A stretch of DNA of 64,000 nt from Candidatus Hydrogenedentota bacterium (GCA_963668025.2 CAXXTH010000008.1:76229-140228); one strand, 5' to 3'. Numbered from the stretch's first letter, positions 48,537 to 57,646 are shown. Notes: generated from the letters alone by a model not told the origin. Numbers and translations: made by a program.

Positions 48537-49409
48537 ATGAGAATTAGGGCGGTTTCCATGTCTGTTTTAGTGTTGGCGGCGGTATCGCTGATGGTCAACA
48601 TTTCCGAGGGCGGCGGAATGGGTAAAGTGCGCCACGTGGATATGGGTGGGACCCTGAGCATGGAACTCGTGTGGATCCCGCCCGGCGAATTCATGATGGG
48701 CAGTCCAGAAGACGAATCAGAACACAGAAGAGATGAAGTGCCTCAGCACCGAGTGATCATCACACATGGATTCTGGATGGGGAAATACGAAGTGACCCAG
48801 GCGCAGTGGCGGGTGGTGATGGGGAACAATCCGTCTTGCTTTAGCGGTGATGAGCGGCCGGTGGAACAGGTGTCATGGGATGATTGCCAAGAATTTATCT
48901 CCCGATTGAACGCACGAGTTCTCGAAGGCGGTTTCCGTTTGCCGACAGAGGCGGAATGGGAGTATGCCTGCCGGGCGGGAACCACTTCGGCGTTCCATAT
49001 GGGGGATGCCATCTCCACGAAGCGGGCGAATTTCAACGGAAACGCAGTATATGGCCTAGGAAGCAAGGGGATATATCGCAAGGAGACGACGCCGGTAGGT
49101 AGTTTTTCTGCGAACGATTTGGGATTGTACGATATGCATGGGAATGTTTTTGAATGGTGCCAAGATAAATATTGTATCTACTCGAACGATGCAGCCATCG
49201 ATCCGAAGGGTTCTGAAGCAGGCGTTTTCCGGGTATATCGGGGTGGTAGCTGGAGCCGATGTCCAGGAAACTGCCGGGCTGCGTATCGAGGTGGGAGCAT
49301 GCCGGATACCCGGCGCAGCAACCTGGGTTTTCGTGTCGTGCTATCCCAACTCTCAGAACCGGAGATTGTTGACATGCCTCCAAGCAAAATAGCATCAATA
49401 AAAAGATAG
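48537..49409 (+). CDS. FGE/SUMF1-fold (EgtB/PvdO-like) domain protein with an N-terminal signal/anchor
   Basis: GGAGAGG RBS. Contains FWMGKYEVTQAQW, RPVEQVSWDD, RLPTEAEWEYACRAG, YDMHGNVFEWCQD, RGGSW and LGFRVV. Confidence 0.85.
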   Translation: MRIRAVSMSVLVLAAVSLMVNISEGGGMGKVRHVDMGGTLSMELVWIPPGEFMMGSPEDESEHRRDEVPQHRVIITHGFWMGKYEVTQAQWRVVMGNNPSCFSGDERPVEQVSWDDCQEFISRLNARVLEGGFRLPTEAEWEYACRAGTTSAFHMGDAISTKRANFNGNAVYGLGSKGIYRKETTPVGSFSANDLGLYDMHGNVFEWCQDKYCIYSNDAAIDPKGSEAGVFRVYRGGSWSRCPGNCRAAYRGGSMPDTRRSNLGFRVVLSQLSEPEIVDMPPSKIASIKR

Positions 49410-49559
49410 CTGCATCGGGGCTGTGTCATGAGTACAAATAAGCCTTCTCAAGTAATTTCTTGACTCTACAGTTCAGCTATGGTAGCTTAAACACTTGAGA
49501 GTGGATAACTTGGGATATATCCGCCCTTACAGAATCTGCGGTTTCCGAGGGACGGAGCA

Positions 49560-50498
49560 ATGCGCCTAGTAGAAGAACAACCGCTTGCCGCGCCATGCAC
49601 CACCGCCACACCGGAAATCCTCGTCGTAGGCGGGGGGAAAGGCGGAGTGGGGAAGACCTGCTTTTCCGTCAATATCGCCGTCGAGATCGCCCGCAAAGGC
49701 TGGCGCGTCATCCTGGTCGACGCCGACCTGAGCTGTTCGAATATCGAGACTGTCTTAGGCGCCCGGTGCGACATCAAGCTCGATGATTTCTTCTATCAAA
49801 AAGGCAGCAAGACCCTCGACCGGGTGTTGTGCCCCACGCCCTATGATAATTTGTCGCTTATTCCCGGCACCACCGGCCTGCTCGATGTGGCCAATCCCCG
49901 TTACCAGCAGAAAGTCGCCTTCATCCGGGAACTCAAGCAGCTCGACGCGGACCTGATCATCATCGATCTCGACGCCGGGGCGCACCTCAATACGCTCGAT
50001 TTTTATCTTCTGACCGAGACCAACGGCGTCCTGGTGATCACCCCGGAAAAGACCAGCATCGACAACGCATTCAAGTTTCTCCGCGCCGCCTTGTTCCGGC
50101 GCATCGAGCGGTTCTACCAAAGCCCGGAAGTCGCATTGTTGCTCAAGCGCAACGAAACCCTGACCGAGTTCATCTCATGCGTCCAAAAATCCGAAGTGCT
50201 GGACGAAGTGGCCGTGAAGCAGATCTGCCGCGAATGCGTCTCGCTCGCCAAGGCCATCAAGCCCAAGATCGTCGTCAACCGCGCCACGAACTCCTACGAG
50301 GCACAGATCGCCGCGAATATCCTGGCGAAATACGCCCGCCAGAAACTCATGATCCAGCCCGAAAGCCTCGGCTTCCTATATTTTGATAAGTGTGTTTCCG
50401 ATGCGGTAAACTCCGGCGTGCCCTTCATCATCGGGTATCCGAACCGGAAGATTACGGCCTGTATAGCCGACATTGCCAGTCGGCTTGGATTTTTCTAA
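49560..50498 (+). CDS. MinD/ParA-family P-loop ATPase (FlhG/MinD-like)
   Basis: Deviant Walker A VVGGGKGGVGKT, and VILVDADL. Confidence 0.75.
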   Translation: MRLVEEQPLAAPCTTATPEILVVGGGKGGVGKTCFSVNIAVEIARKGWRVILVDADLSCSNIETVLGARCDIKLDDFFYQKGSKTLDRVLCPTPYDNLSLIPGTTGLLDVANPRYQQKVAFIRELKQLDADLIIIDLDAGAHLNTLDFYLLTETNGVLVITPEKTSIDNAFKFLRAALFRRIERFYQSPEVALLLKRNETLTEFISCVQKSEVLDEVAVKQICRECVSLAKAIKPKIVVNRATNSYEAQIAANILAKYARQKLMIQPESLGFLYFDKCVSDAVNSGVPFIIGYPNRKITACIADIASRLGFF

Positions 50499-50500
50499 TC

Positions 50501-51214
50501 GTGCTAGACAGTAAAGATAGAGAGAGTCTCAAACCTACTCGAGCGTTCAGAACGGATTTTTCCACTTCCGATGAATCGGTTCCCGATACATTCGAGGAAA
50601 TGGAAAAGGCCAAGCACGGTTCGTTGCTCGGGCGCATGAACCAGCGCTTTCAGGATGTGCTCCAGAGTAGCCGGGGTTCTTCCCGTTCACGTGATGCGGC
50701 CCGCGAGAGCGCGGGCGATCCCATGGTCACTGCTGACGACCTCGCGATCCGCCGCGCCCGCAGTATTAAGCCCCAGCGCATGACCGTCCCCGAAGGCGTA
50801 ATTATCGGCGGCTCCTTGACCAGCGGCTCCGAAACCGAGATTGCCGGGCGCGTCGAGGGCGATGTCGTGGTGGACGGCCACCTGATCCTCGAGGCCAGCG
50901 CCCTGATCTCTGGGAATGTGCGGGCCTCTTCCTGCCGCGTCGATGGCTTGGTCGAAGGCAAAGTTGAATGCTCCAACGACCTCGAACTCGGCCCCACGGG
51001 CCGGTTGAACGCCGATGTCGTGGCGGGCAAACGCATGCAAGTGGGCGGCCAAGTCTTTGGCAACATTACCTCGGGCGGCCTAGTCCGTATCGGAGCCACC
51101 GCCCGGGTCAACGGCGACATCCGCGCGCGCGCCATCATCATAGATGAAGGCGGCGTCTTCAACGGCAGATGCACCATGCGCCCTCCCGCACAGCGCAACG
51201 GCATCGCTAAATAG
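50501..51214 (+). CDS. bactofilin (polymer-forming cytoskeletal protein) with a disordered N-terminal extension
   Basis: Repetitive beta-helix pattern: IAGRVEGDVVVDGHLILEASALISGNVRASSCRVDGLVEGKVEC..LELGPTGRLNADVVA..MQVGGQVFGNI..VRIGATARVNGDI..IIIDEGGVFNG. The start is uncertain: GTG 50501 or an internal ATG ~50600. Confidence 0.75.
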   Translation: MLDSKDRESLKPTRAFRTDFSTSDESVPDTFEEMEKAKHGSLLGRMNQRFQDVLQSSRGSSRSRDAARESAGDPMVTADDLAIRRARSIKPQRMTVPEGVIIGGSLTSGSETEIAGRVEGDVVVDGHLILEASALISGNVRASSCRVDGLVEGKVECSNDLELGPTGRLNADVVAGKRMQVGGQVFGNITSGGLVRIGATARVNGDIRARAIIIDEGGVFNGRCTMRPPAQRNGIAK

Positions 51215-51287
51215 CCGGGCTGGCCGTTGTTCCCATTTGCGCCATCGCGCTTGCGTATCATCAACCAGCGCTTCTTGGAGAAACAAG

Positions 51288-52385
51288 GTGTTCAATTCCA
51301 CGGTCATATGGCTGGCCCTATCAGTGGGTTTGGCCGCGCCTCCATCCACTACCATATATCGCATGGAAGGCGCCGCGCCGGGCCTGGGCCGGGAAGCGGG
51401 AACGGCGGCGGTCAACAACGCCGAAACGAACATCATCATCAGTATTCTCGAATCCATGACCGGCTCCAGCGATTTCGCCTTATATGCACCCATCCTGGAT
51501 CGCGCTCCCGAGTATATCCGGTCGGTCCATGTGCTGAGCCGGACGCCCGATGCGGACCAGACTCAGGTCGAGATCGAAGCCTATGTCTATGAAGAGCAGT
51601 TGCGCCGCGATGTGTCCGCGTTGATTCTAACCCGGCTGAATGTGAAACCCTCCGTGCTGCTCGTGCTGCTCGAAGAACCTGCGCCAGGCCAGCCATATAT
51701 AGGGATTCGGGAAAATCCCATATTGGAAGGGGTGAAAAAAACGCTCGAAGACAAATTCTTCACCGTCATGGGGCCGATGTGGGAGCTGTATGATGAACAG
51801 AGCCTTGTCTCCAGGTTGCGCGGAACGCCCGAAGAAGCGGCGCGCGTGGGGCTTGAACATAAAGCTGGCGTCATTCTAGAAGGAGAGATCACCCGCATTT
51901 CCACTCAAGAAGCGCCTAGCTCGAATATCTCCCGCAACGAAATTGCACTCAAACTGCGCGTGATTCTATCCGAGACGGGCACGCTCCTAGACACCATCGA
52001 AATACGCCGGGCGGTATCCAGCACGGAGCCGGAAGAAGGGTATAAACAAGCCGCCACAGATGCCGGGGAGAGCGTTAAAGATCGGGTCTTGACATCCACG
52101 ACCATCGCCGCCGCAGGAGCCAAACCTTCCAGCGATGTCTACATCGACATCGAGCAGCTCGGCGAATCCGCCCGCATGGAGGCGGTTACCAAAGTCTTAA
52201 ATGGCATTGAAGCCGTTCAAGGAGTGGACGTGCTGCTTAGCGCTGCCTCGTTAGGCCGCCTTCGCATCAAATACGAAGGCCCCATGGCGCCTCTAGTTGA
52301 CTTCCTCGTCAATCAAAACTATGCCGGATTTCACCTCGAACGCCGCCGTGTCGTGCAGCGCGAAGCCATCTTGCGTGTTCAATAA
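51288..52385 (+). CDS. secreted hypothetical protein
   Basis: GGAGAAA RBS precedes GTG 51288. The N-terminus is signal-like (VFNSTVIWLALSVGLAAP). No family recognised. Confidence 0.55.
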   Translation: MFNSTVIWLALSVGLAAPPSTTIYRMEGAAPGLGREAGTAAVNNAETNIIISILESMTGSSDFALYAPILDRAPEYIRSVHVLSRTPDADQTQVEIEAYVYEEQLRRDVSALILTRLNVKPSVLLVLLEEPAPGQPYIGIRENPILEGVKKTLEDKFFTVMGPMWELYDEQSLVSRLRGTPEEAARVGLEHKAGVILEGEITRISTQEAPSSNISRNEIALKLRVILSETGTLLDTIEIRRAVSSTEPEEGYKQAATDAGESVKDRVLTSTTIAAAGAKPSSDVYIDIEQLGESARMEAVTKVLNGIEAVQGVDVLLSAASLGRLRIKYEGPMAPLVDFLVNQNYAGFHLERRRVVQREAILRVQ

Positions 52386-52420
52386 AAAAAGCCGGGATGC
52401 CTCGCGGATCCCGGCTTTCA
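52384..52420. terminator. bidirectional intrinsic terminator between convergent genes
   Basis: aaaaaaa GCCGGGAT gcctcgcgg ATCCCGGC tttc. An 8-bp GC-rich stem is flanked by an A-run and a T-run. Confidence 0.7.
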
Positions 52421-52430
52421 ATATTCTTTC

Positions 52431-52691
52431 TTAAACAGCTTTCCGTACTTGGCGCACATGTGGCGCTTTCTGGAATTTCCCTGCTTTGATGTAACGCGCA
52501 CACACCTTAATCGTATGTACCCTGCCATTCTCTTCTATGACGCGAATCTTCTGTAAATTGGGCTTCCAGCGGCGTTTCGATATTCCGGTGACGTTCTGGC
52601 CGATACCGCCCTCGCGCTTGGCTTTACCCCGGCGCACCACTTGTTTGCCCACTTGCGGGCGTTTCCCGCTATAATCGCACACTCTCGACAT
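52431..52691 (-). CDS. rpmB: 50S ribosomal protein L28
   Basis: MSRVCDYSGKRPQVGKQV..KRRWKPNLQKIRV..NGRV..IKVCARYIKAG. GGAGAG RBS. Confidence 0.85.
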   Translation of the reverse strand: MSRVCDYSGKRPQVGKQVVRRGKAKREGGIGQNVTGISKRRWKPNLQKIRVIEENGRVHTIKVCARYIKAGKFQKAPHVRQVRKAV

Positions 52692-52861
52692 GATTCTCTC
52701 CTGGTAACCGCATTTAAAAGCGCGAACTCGTATTGGCTTGAGAACTGCTTCGTGCTATACTTCTCAAAAGCCGCGAAAGTCTACCATATAAAGAGTCAGA
52801 ATTCAAGAAAATGGCCCCCATAGGATTTCTGCTTTTGTTATCCTGAAAGGAATTTCTTTGC

Positions 52862-53635
52862 ATGCATGTGTCCGTTCGTCATTCAGCAAAATACTGGATA
52901 AGCGTACTTGGCGCCATCTGCTTAGCCGGATGCGCAACCCATCGCGCGGCGCAATTAGAACATAAAATCCCGGATGCGGATGCTAAAAAACAAGCGATCC
53001 TGGCGGATATCCAGACAAATGCGGCCCAGCTCCAATCCATGGCGGCCTTGGCGAATTTCACCTTCGTCCAGCGCAAAGACGACACCCGTTCGTTCCAAGG
53101 CTCCGTGATGTTCAAACAGCCCGATAAGCTCTATGTCCGCGGCAACCATTATCCCTCCGGCGCGAAGATTTTCGAGATGGCGAGCAATGGCTCCCAATGG
53201 TACGCCGATTTTGCCATGGACAACCAGTTTTACTCCTCGCGACAAGAGCATGCCGGATTGGCGGTGACGCCTCTCGACATTGCACGGGAACTCTTTTTCC
53301 CGGATGACTGGAAAGACGCCGCCCAAATCATACTCACGAAATACGATACAAATACAGGCCAAGCCGAATTGCTCATCCGTGCAAAAAAGAGCCTTGTGCG
53401 TAAAGTGGCGCTGGCGGGGCCGCCATGGACGGTCGTGGAAAGCGTCATGCTTGACCACCTAGGCCGGGAAGTGGTAAAAACCTCCCGTGGAGCGTATCAC
53501 GAAGAGAATGGCATCCGTTTTCCATTCGATATCCGGGCGGAATTCCCTACCGAAAACGCATCGGTAACCTGCATCATTCGTAAAGCCAAGTTCAACTCTA
53601 CGGATATCCCGGAAGACCTTTTCATAACCCGATGA
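52862..53635 (+). CDS. lipoprotein, possibly LolA/LolB-fold (DUF4292-like)
   Basis: LAGC lipobox. The size and beta-rich pattern are suggestive only. Confidence 0.4.
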   Translation: MHVSVRHSAKYWISVLGAICLAGCATHRAAQLEHKIPDADAKKQAILADIQTNAAQLQSMAALANFTFVQRKDDTRSFQGSVMFKQPDKLYVRGNHYPSGAKIFEMASNGSQWYADFAMDNQFYSSRQEHAGLAVTPLDIARELFFPDDWKDAAQIILTKYDTNTGQAELLIRAKKSLVRKVALAGPPWTVVESVMLDHLGREVVKTSRGAYHEENGIRFPFDIRAEFPTENASVTCIIRKAKFNSTDIPEDLFITR

Positions 53636-53645
53636 CAGGAACCCT

Positions 53646-54719
53646 ATGAGCATTCATCTCGCTGAGCTTATGCCAGAAGAAATTGCATCGAGCCTAGGTT
53701 TGAAAGCATTTCAAGGCCGGCAAATCTTTCATTGGATTCACGCCAAGCAGGCTATCGATTTTGAATCCATGACCGATTTGTCGAAGTCCCTGCGCCAAAC
53801 GCTGTCTGAACAATGCACGGCGTCCGTGCTCGAAAAAATGGCTGCCTCTACGTCTCGCTCGCAAGGCACCCGTAAAGTGCTGTTTCGCCTTCCAGATGGG
53901 GAAACAGTGGAATCGGTTTGGATTCGAGACGATGAGCGCGCCACCATATGCCTCTCTACCCAGGTGGGTTGTGCGGTCAAATGCGCATTCTGTGCAACCG
54001 GCCTTTCTGGCTTTAAGCGTAATCTCTCCCCGGGCGAAATCGTCGAACAAGCATTGCGCATACTTGAAGATGAAAATGATTGGACCGAGCGAAATCCAAA
54101 CATCGTCTATATGGGCATGGGCGAGCCTTTCCGCAACTACGACGCCACCTTGCGGAGCATCCGCTTATTGATGGCTAAAGAAGGCCTTAACATCGGCGCG
54201 CGGAAGATCACCGTGTCAACGGCTGGCGATATCGAGGGCATCCATCGTTTCGCCGCCGAAGGCCTTCAAGTCCGGCTCAGCATCTCGCTGCATGCCGCCG
54301 AGGATGAATTGCGCTCGCGGCTCGTGCCGCTCAACCGTAAATATCCGGTGGATATGCTCCTAAACGCAGTGGCAGATTATATCGCCAGCACAAGTCGGCA
54401 GGTGACATTTGAATACACCCTAATCAGTGATGTCAATGATTCGCTTGAACAAGCCCAACTCCTCGCCAAACGCATACGCCCGCTTAAGTCCACGGTCAAC
54501 CTAATTCCACTCAATCCTGTCGAAGAGACCGGTTTTACACCGCCAAACCGGGAGCGCTGTGAAGCGTTCCAAGCGGTGCTTACCCGCTACGGCATTAAAA
54601 GCACTTTACGCAGAGAGCGGGGACAGGATATTCACGCGGCTTGCGGCCAGCTTCGACGCCAGATAATTGATGCTGAATCTATCTCTAGCGCCGAGGAGTA
54701 TCATGACGGTCTAGCGTAA
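53646..54719 (+). CDS. rlmN: 23S rRNA/tRNA (adenine-C2)-methyltransferase RlmN (radical SAM)
   Basis: Contains FQGRQIFHWIH, CAVKCAFCATG, YMGMGEPFRNYD, and ACGQLR near the C-terminus. Confidence 0.9.
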   Translation: MSIHLAELMPEEIASSLGLKAFQGRQIFHWIHAKQAIDFESMTDLSKSLRQTLSEQCTASVLEKMAASTSRSQGTRKVLFRLPDGETVESVWIRDDERATICLSTQVGCAVKCAFCATGLSGFKRNLSPGEIVEQALRILEDENDWTERNPNIVYMGMGEPFRNYDATLRSIRLLMAKEGLNIGARKITVSTAGDIEGIHRFAAEGLQVRLSISLHAAEDELRSRLVPLNRKYPVDMLLNAVADYIASTSRQVTFEYTLISDVNDSLEQAQLLAKRIRPLKSTVNLIPLNPVEETGFTPPNRERCEAFQAVLTRYGIKSTLRRERGQDIHAACGQLRRQIIDAESISSAEEYHDGLA

Positions 54720-54911
54720 AGAAACACAGGAAGGATGCTGGCGCCCATTCTGTTTCGGGATTACTTGGTATGTTTTAGCTTACATCCAGAAGCAAAAACT
54801 GGGTGAGGGCTTAGCGTACAAGAAGTTCAAAAATGTAATCCTGTTCACAGCAATTTTCCCGCCAAACAACCACTACTTTCATTAATCCCTCGTATTTGCA
54901 AATGAGTTATT

Positions 54912-54935
54912 CGGCCACTCCGTGGCCGTTTATTG
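54912..54935 (+). terminator. possible intrinsic terminator ~190 nt downstream of rlmN
   Basis: CGGCCAC tcc GTGGCCG followed by tttattg. Confidence 0.35.
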
Positions 54936-55810
54936 TATGGAGCGCATATTCGGGAATAGCTCAGCTTAAGAAATTAAGTTCATATAGTGTATGAAGTTGT
55001 TGGATTCGGTGTAATGTATTCTTTACTAGCCGCCCGCACAAAAATGGTACTCATGTCTGCTGCATTGTCTGCTCCTGTGAAATTGTAGTGCCATTCGCAA
55101 GATGACGTTTTCCCGCATTTTGTCGTAGGCAAGATGCGGGAGTGTTGCCTTCCCCATTCATTTCTGTTTCAAGCCACGAGTATGCTGAATACACGAAATA
55201 CACGAAAATTGGTAGGGTGGGGCTTGCCCCACCATTCAACAGATACATCCACCAAAATATGGTTGCCTCTCAAAACAGTATTTACCCCATGATATTATGA
55301 ATAACATCCACAGAAAAAACTTCGTTTCCTTCGTATCTTCGTAGTGAAAAATCCATATCTTTAGTTGCGGCTAAGCTGCTCCGCGTTTATTCGCGTCTAT
55401 TCGCGGTTAAAAAAAAGCAGGTCCTTTGATTACGGGTCATGCCAATTCGGTCAAAAATATAGTGGCCTTAGTTCCGAGCGGTGAATTCACTGCCTGTTTT
55501 TTCGACTGCAACATAGAGAATAATGCGTATTAGTTGTAAAACTTGCCATTCGTGCTAAAATGGAGGTTTAATGTGTGTAGAGAAATCCTATATCAGGCAA
55601 TTTATTGAATTTTTCGAGGGTTTTTACATTTATAAAAGAAGGGCCTGTCTTGTTTTTTAATAGCATGTTTAGATGGTGAGATGCGTTGTGGCTTAATAAA
55701 ACAGGCCATAGCGGAGAGAAGCAAGTTGTTCAAAAATAAAAACGGCTTTTGGCCTCTGTTCAACAGATAAATAGACTTTTGAGAGTCGGTATGTAAAATA
55801 TACTATGCTT

Positions 55811-56695
55811 TTAGCCTCGTTTAATCCGTTCCAAGCCCTTTACCAGTTGCCATACGACGCGGGTGCGGGGCATTTGAAGCCCTGCAAGCTGCCCGCGGCG
55901 CAAGATCTCTCCACTGATGGCATCGATTTCCGTGAGCTTTCCCGCCCGAATATCTTGGAGCATGGAGGAAATATTGTCTCCCGTCAGTTCACAGACTTCC
56001 TCTGCTTTTTCGACGAGGCTATATGGGAAGCGATACCCTTCGGTTGCGGCGACTTTTGCGGCTTCCACAACCAAGTCACGCAACAATTGGCGAACCTCGG
56101 GAGTTTTCAATAATACTCGATTGGGTATATTCAAAAGCGCGGTAAGAGGATTTATTCCTGCATTCAAAGACACTTTTTCCCAGATAACCTGGCCAGGAGC
56201 ATCTGTTCTTTCAACATTAAATCCTCCAGCCGAGAGGGCTTCAAAAGCAGGTTGAATGGGGCAAGAAGTCCAAGCGCCAACTTTGGTCACTCCTGACCCC
56301 GTATGAATGGAGTGGCCTTCGGCATGGAGAATAGCCCCTTCCGAAGTCGTACCGGCGAGCACATTGGCGCTCCCCGCTCTAGTGCAAATGATTTCTACGT
56401 TCCCAAGTCCGTTTTGCAGAGTAAGAACCGGAGTGTCAGGAGGAAATACGAGAGATGAGGTGGCGTTGGATTTCACCAACACGATGATGAGATCCTGGCG
56501 CTCAGATAACGAAGAAACAACAGGCAAGGTATATGATTCTACCGTGTCTCCTGTCTGCAATCGAATACCCGTGCTTTTGAGCCGTTCTATTCGTTCAGCA
56601 TGGTGATCAACCAGTGTGGTGCGAATGCCGCCCTTGGTGAGCCGGACGGCAAACAGACATCCCAGTGCTCCTGGCCCGATAATTGCAACTTTCAT
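55811..56695 (-). CDS. panE: 2-dehydropantoate 2-reductase (PanE/ApbA family)
   Basis: MKVAIIGPGALGCLFAVRL Rossmann N-terminus. The C-terminal block SSMLQDIRAGKLTEIDAISG is typical of ApbA_C. Confidence 0.75.
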   Translation of the reverse strand: MKVAIIGPGALGCLFAVRLTKGGIRTTLVDHHAERIERLKSTGIRLQTGDTVESYTLPVVSSLSERQDLIIVLVKSNATSSLVFPPDTPVLTLQNGLGNVEIICTRAGSANVLAGTTSEGAILHAEGHSIHTGSGVTKVGAWTSCPIQPAFEALSAGGFNVERTDAPGQVIWEKVSLNAGINPLTALLNIPNRVLLKTPEVRQLLRDLVVEAAKVAATEGYRFPYSLVEKAEEVCELTGDNISSMLQDIRAGKLTEIDAISGEILRRGQLAGLQMPRTRVVWQLVKGLERIKRG

Positions 56696-56728
56696 TTTTC
56701 TCTCTCCTCGTCTTCCTTGACGCGTTCA

Positions 56729-57646
56729 TTATTCCGATGTACGCACCCAGCATGCAGAGAAGTCGGGACCAAGCTTCTTTAATTCATCCCGTTTAGCAGT
56801 GGCGGCTTCGCGATTTTGGAAGCTGCCTACGACGATCCGCAGCCATTTGCCATCCGGAGATTCTTTTATTTCTGGCGCAACATCCTTATGCCGGCGTATA
56901 AAATCTTCTGCTTCACCGCGTTTTGCAACAGGAATTGCAGCTATTTGGACGGTGAAGGTCGCAGCGCCAGTTTTCTTGCTTGATGCGGCAGGCGTCGTGG
57001 TGGCGGCTTCTTGAATAGGCGGCCCGGTTGCAGCGGAAGGCGATGCGCTTGTTGGTTCCGCCGCAGGTGTTGTCTTTTCCACTTGCGGGCTGGCGGCGGC
57101 AGGAGGCTCCACGGGTTTTGCTTCGCTTGTCTCCGTGGCGCTGGTGGGGATTTCGAGCGGCTCGAGATCCACGACAGGAGCCGATGATGCGCTGGCGGTT
57201 TGGTTCGGTGCAATCGGCTCTTTTGATGGAGAAGGTGGCAAGGCCGGGGTGTTTCCAGTTGGCGCTGCCGTGGATGTTGGACCCTCCACCGCGGGCGCAG
57301 GCGCTGGAAAGTCTTTGTATGGCTTGTTCGCACCAGTAGTGGATCCAGTAGCTAATTTTTGATTGGGCATAATGCTTGGCACTGGGCTAAGCTGAATGCC
57401 TTGTCCTGCCGGGGAAGGCGTTGTACCCGTAGTAGGTTCCACTGTAGGTGAAAGCGCCGTCGTATCTCCTGGCGTGGCCGCTGTTTTTTTAGACTCGAAC
57501 CGTCCAACTTTTACGGCCACGACAAACAATACGGCGGCAAGGACGAGGAATAACGCGAACACTAATACGAGCTGGCGCGAAGTGAGCGCCAAGACCGGCT
57601 TGCTTTCGCTATCTGAGTACTCCGAATCATTGGGATTGGACATCAT
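56729..57646 (-). CDS. SPOR-domain protein with one TM helix and a Pro/Thr/Ala-rich linker
   Basis: C-terminal block FTVQIAAIPVAKRGEAEDFIRRH..WLRIVVGSFQNREAATAKRDELKK. The start is taken at MMSNP (57646); the ORF extends to 57724. Confidence 0.7.
   Translation of the reverse strand: MMSNPNDSEYSDSESKPVLALTSRQLVLVFALFLVLAAVLFVVAVKVGRFESKKTAATPGDTTALSPTVEPTTGTTPSPAGQGIQLSPVPSIMPNQKLATGSTTGANKPYKDFPAPAPAVEGPTSTAAPTGNTPALPPSPSKEPIAPNQTASASSAPVVDLEPLEIPTSATETSEAKPVEPPAAASPQVEKTTPAAEPTSASPSAATGPPIQEAATTTPAASSKKTGAATFTVQIAAIPVAKRGEAEDFIRRHKDVAPEIKESPDGKWLRIVVGSFQNREAATAKRDELKKLGPDFSACWVRTSE

Noticed and set aside
48537-49409. The FGE/SUMF1 (C-type-lectin-fold) protein as a diversity-generating retroelement target
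   Set aside because: No reverse transcriptase ORF is present, and I could find no template-repeat copy of its 3' end anywhere in the window. Its C-terminus (RGGSW..LGFRVV) looks like an ordinary FGE-fold end rather than an adenine-mutagenised variable region.
54952-54965. gggaatagctcagc, which resembles the 5' acceptor/D-arm of a tRNA and might mark a tRNA fragment or att site
   Set aside because: The following sequence (ttaagaaattaag..) cannot complete a D-loop, anticodon arm or T-arm, and no matching 3' half lies nearby. A 14-nt resemblance is within chance.
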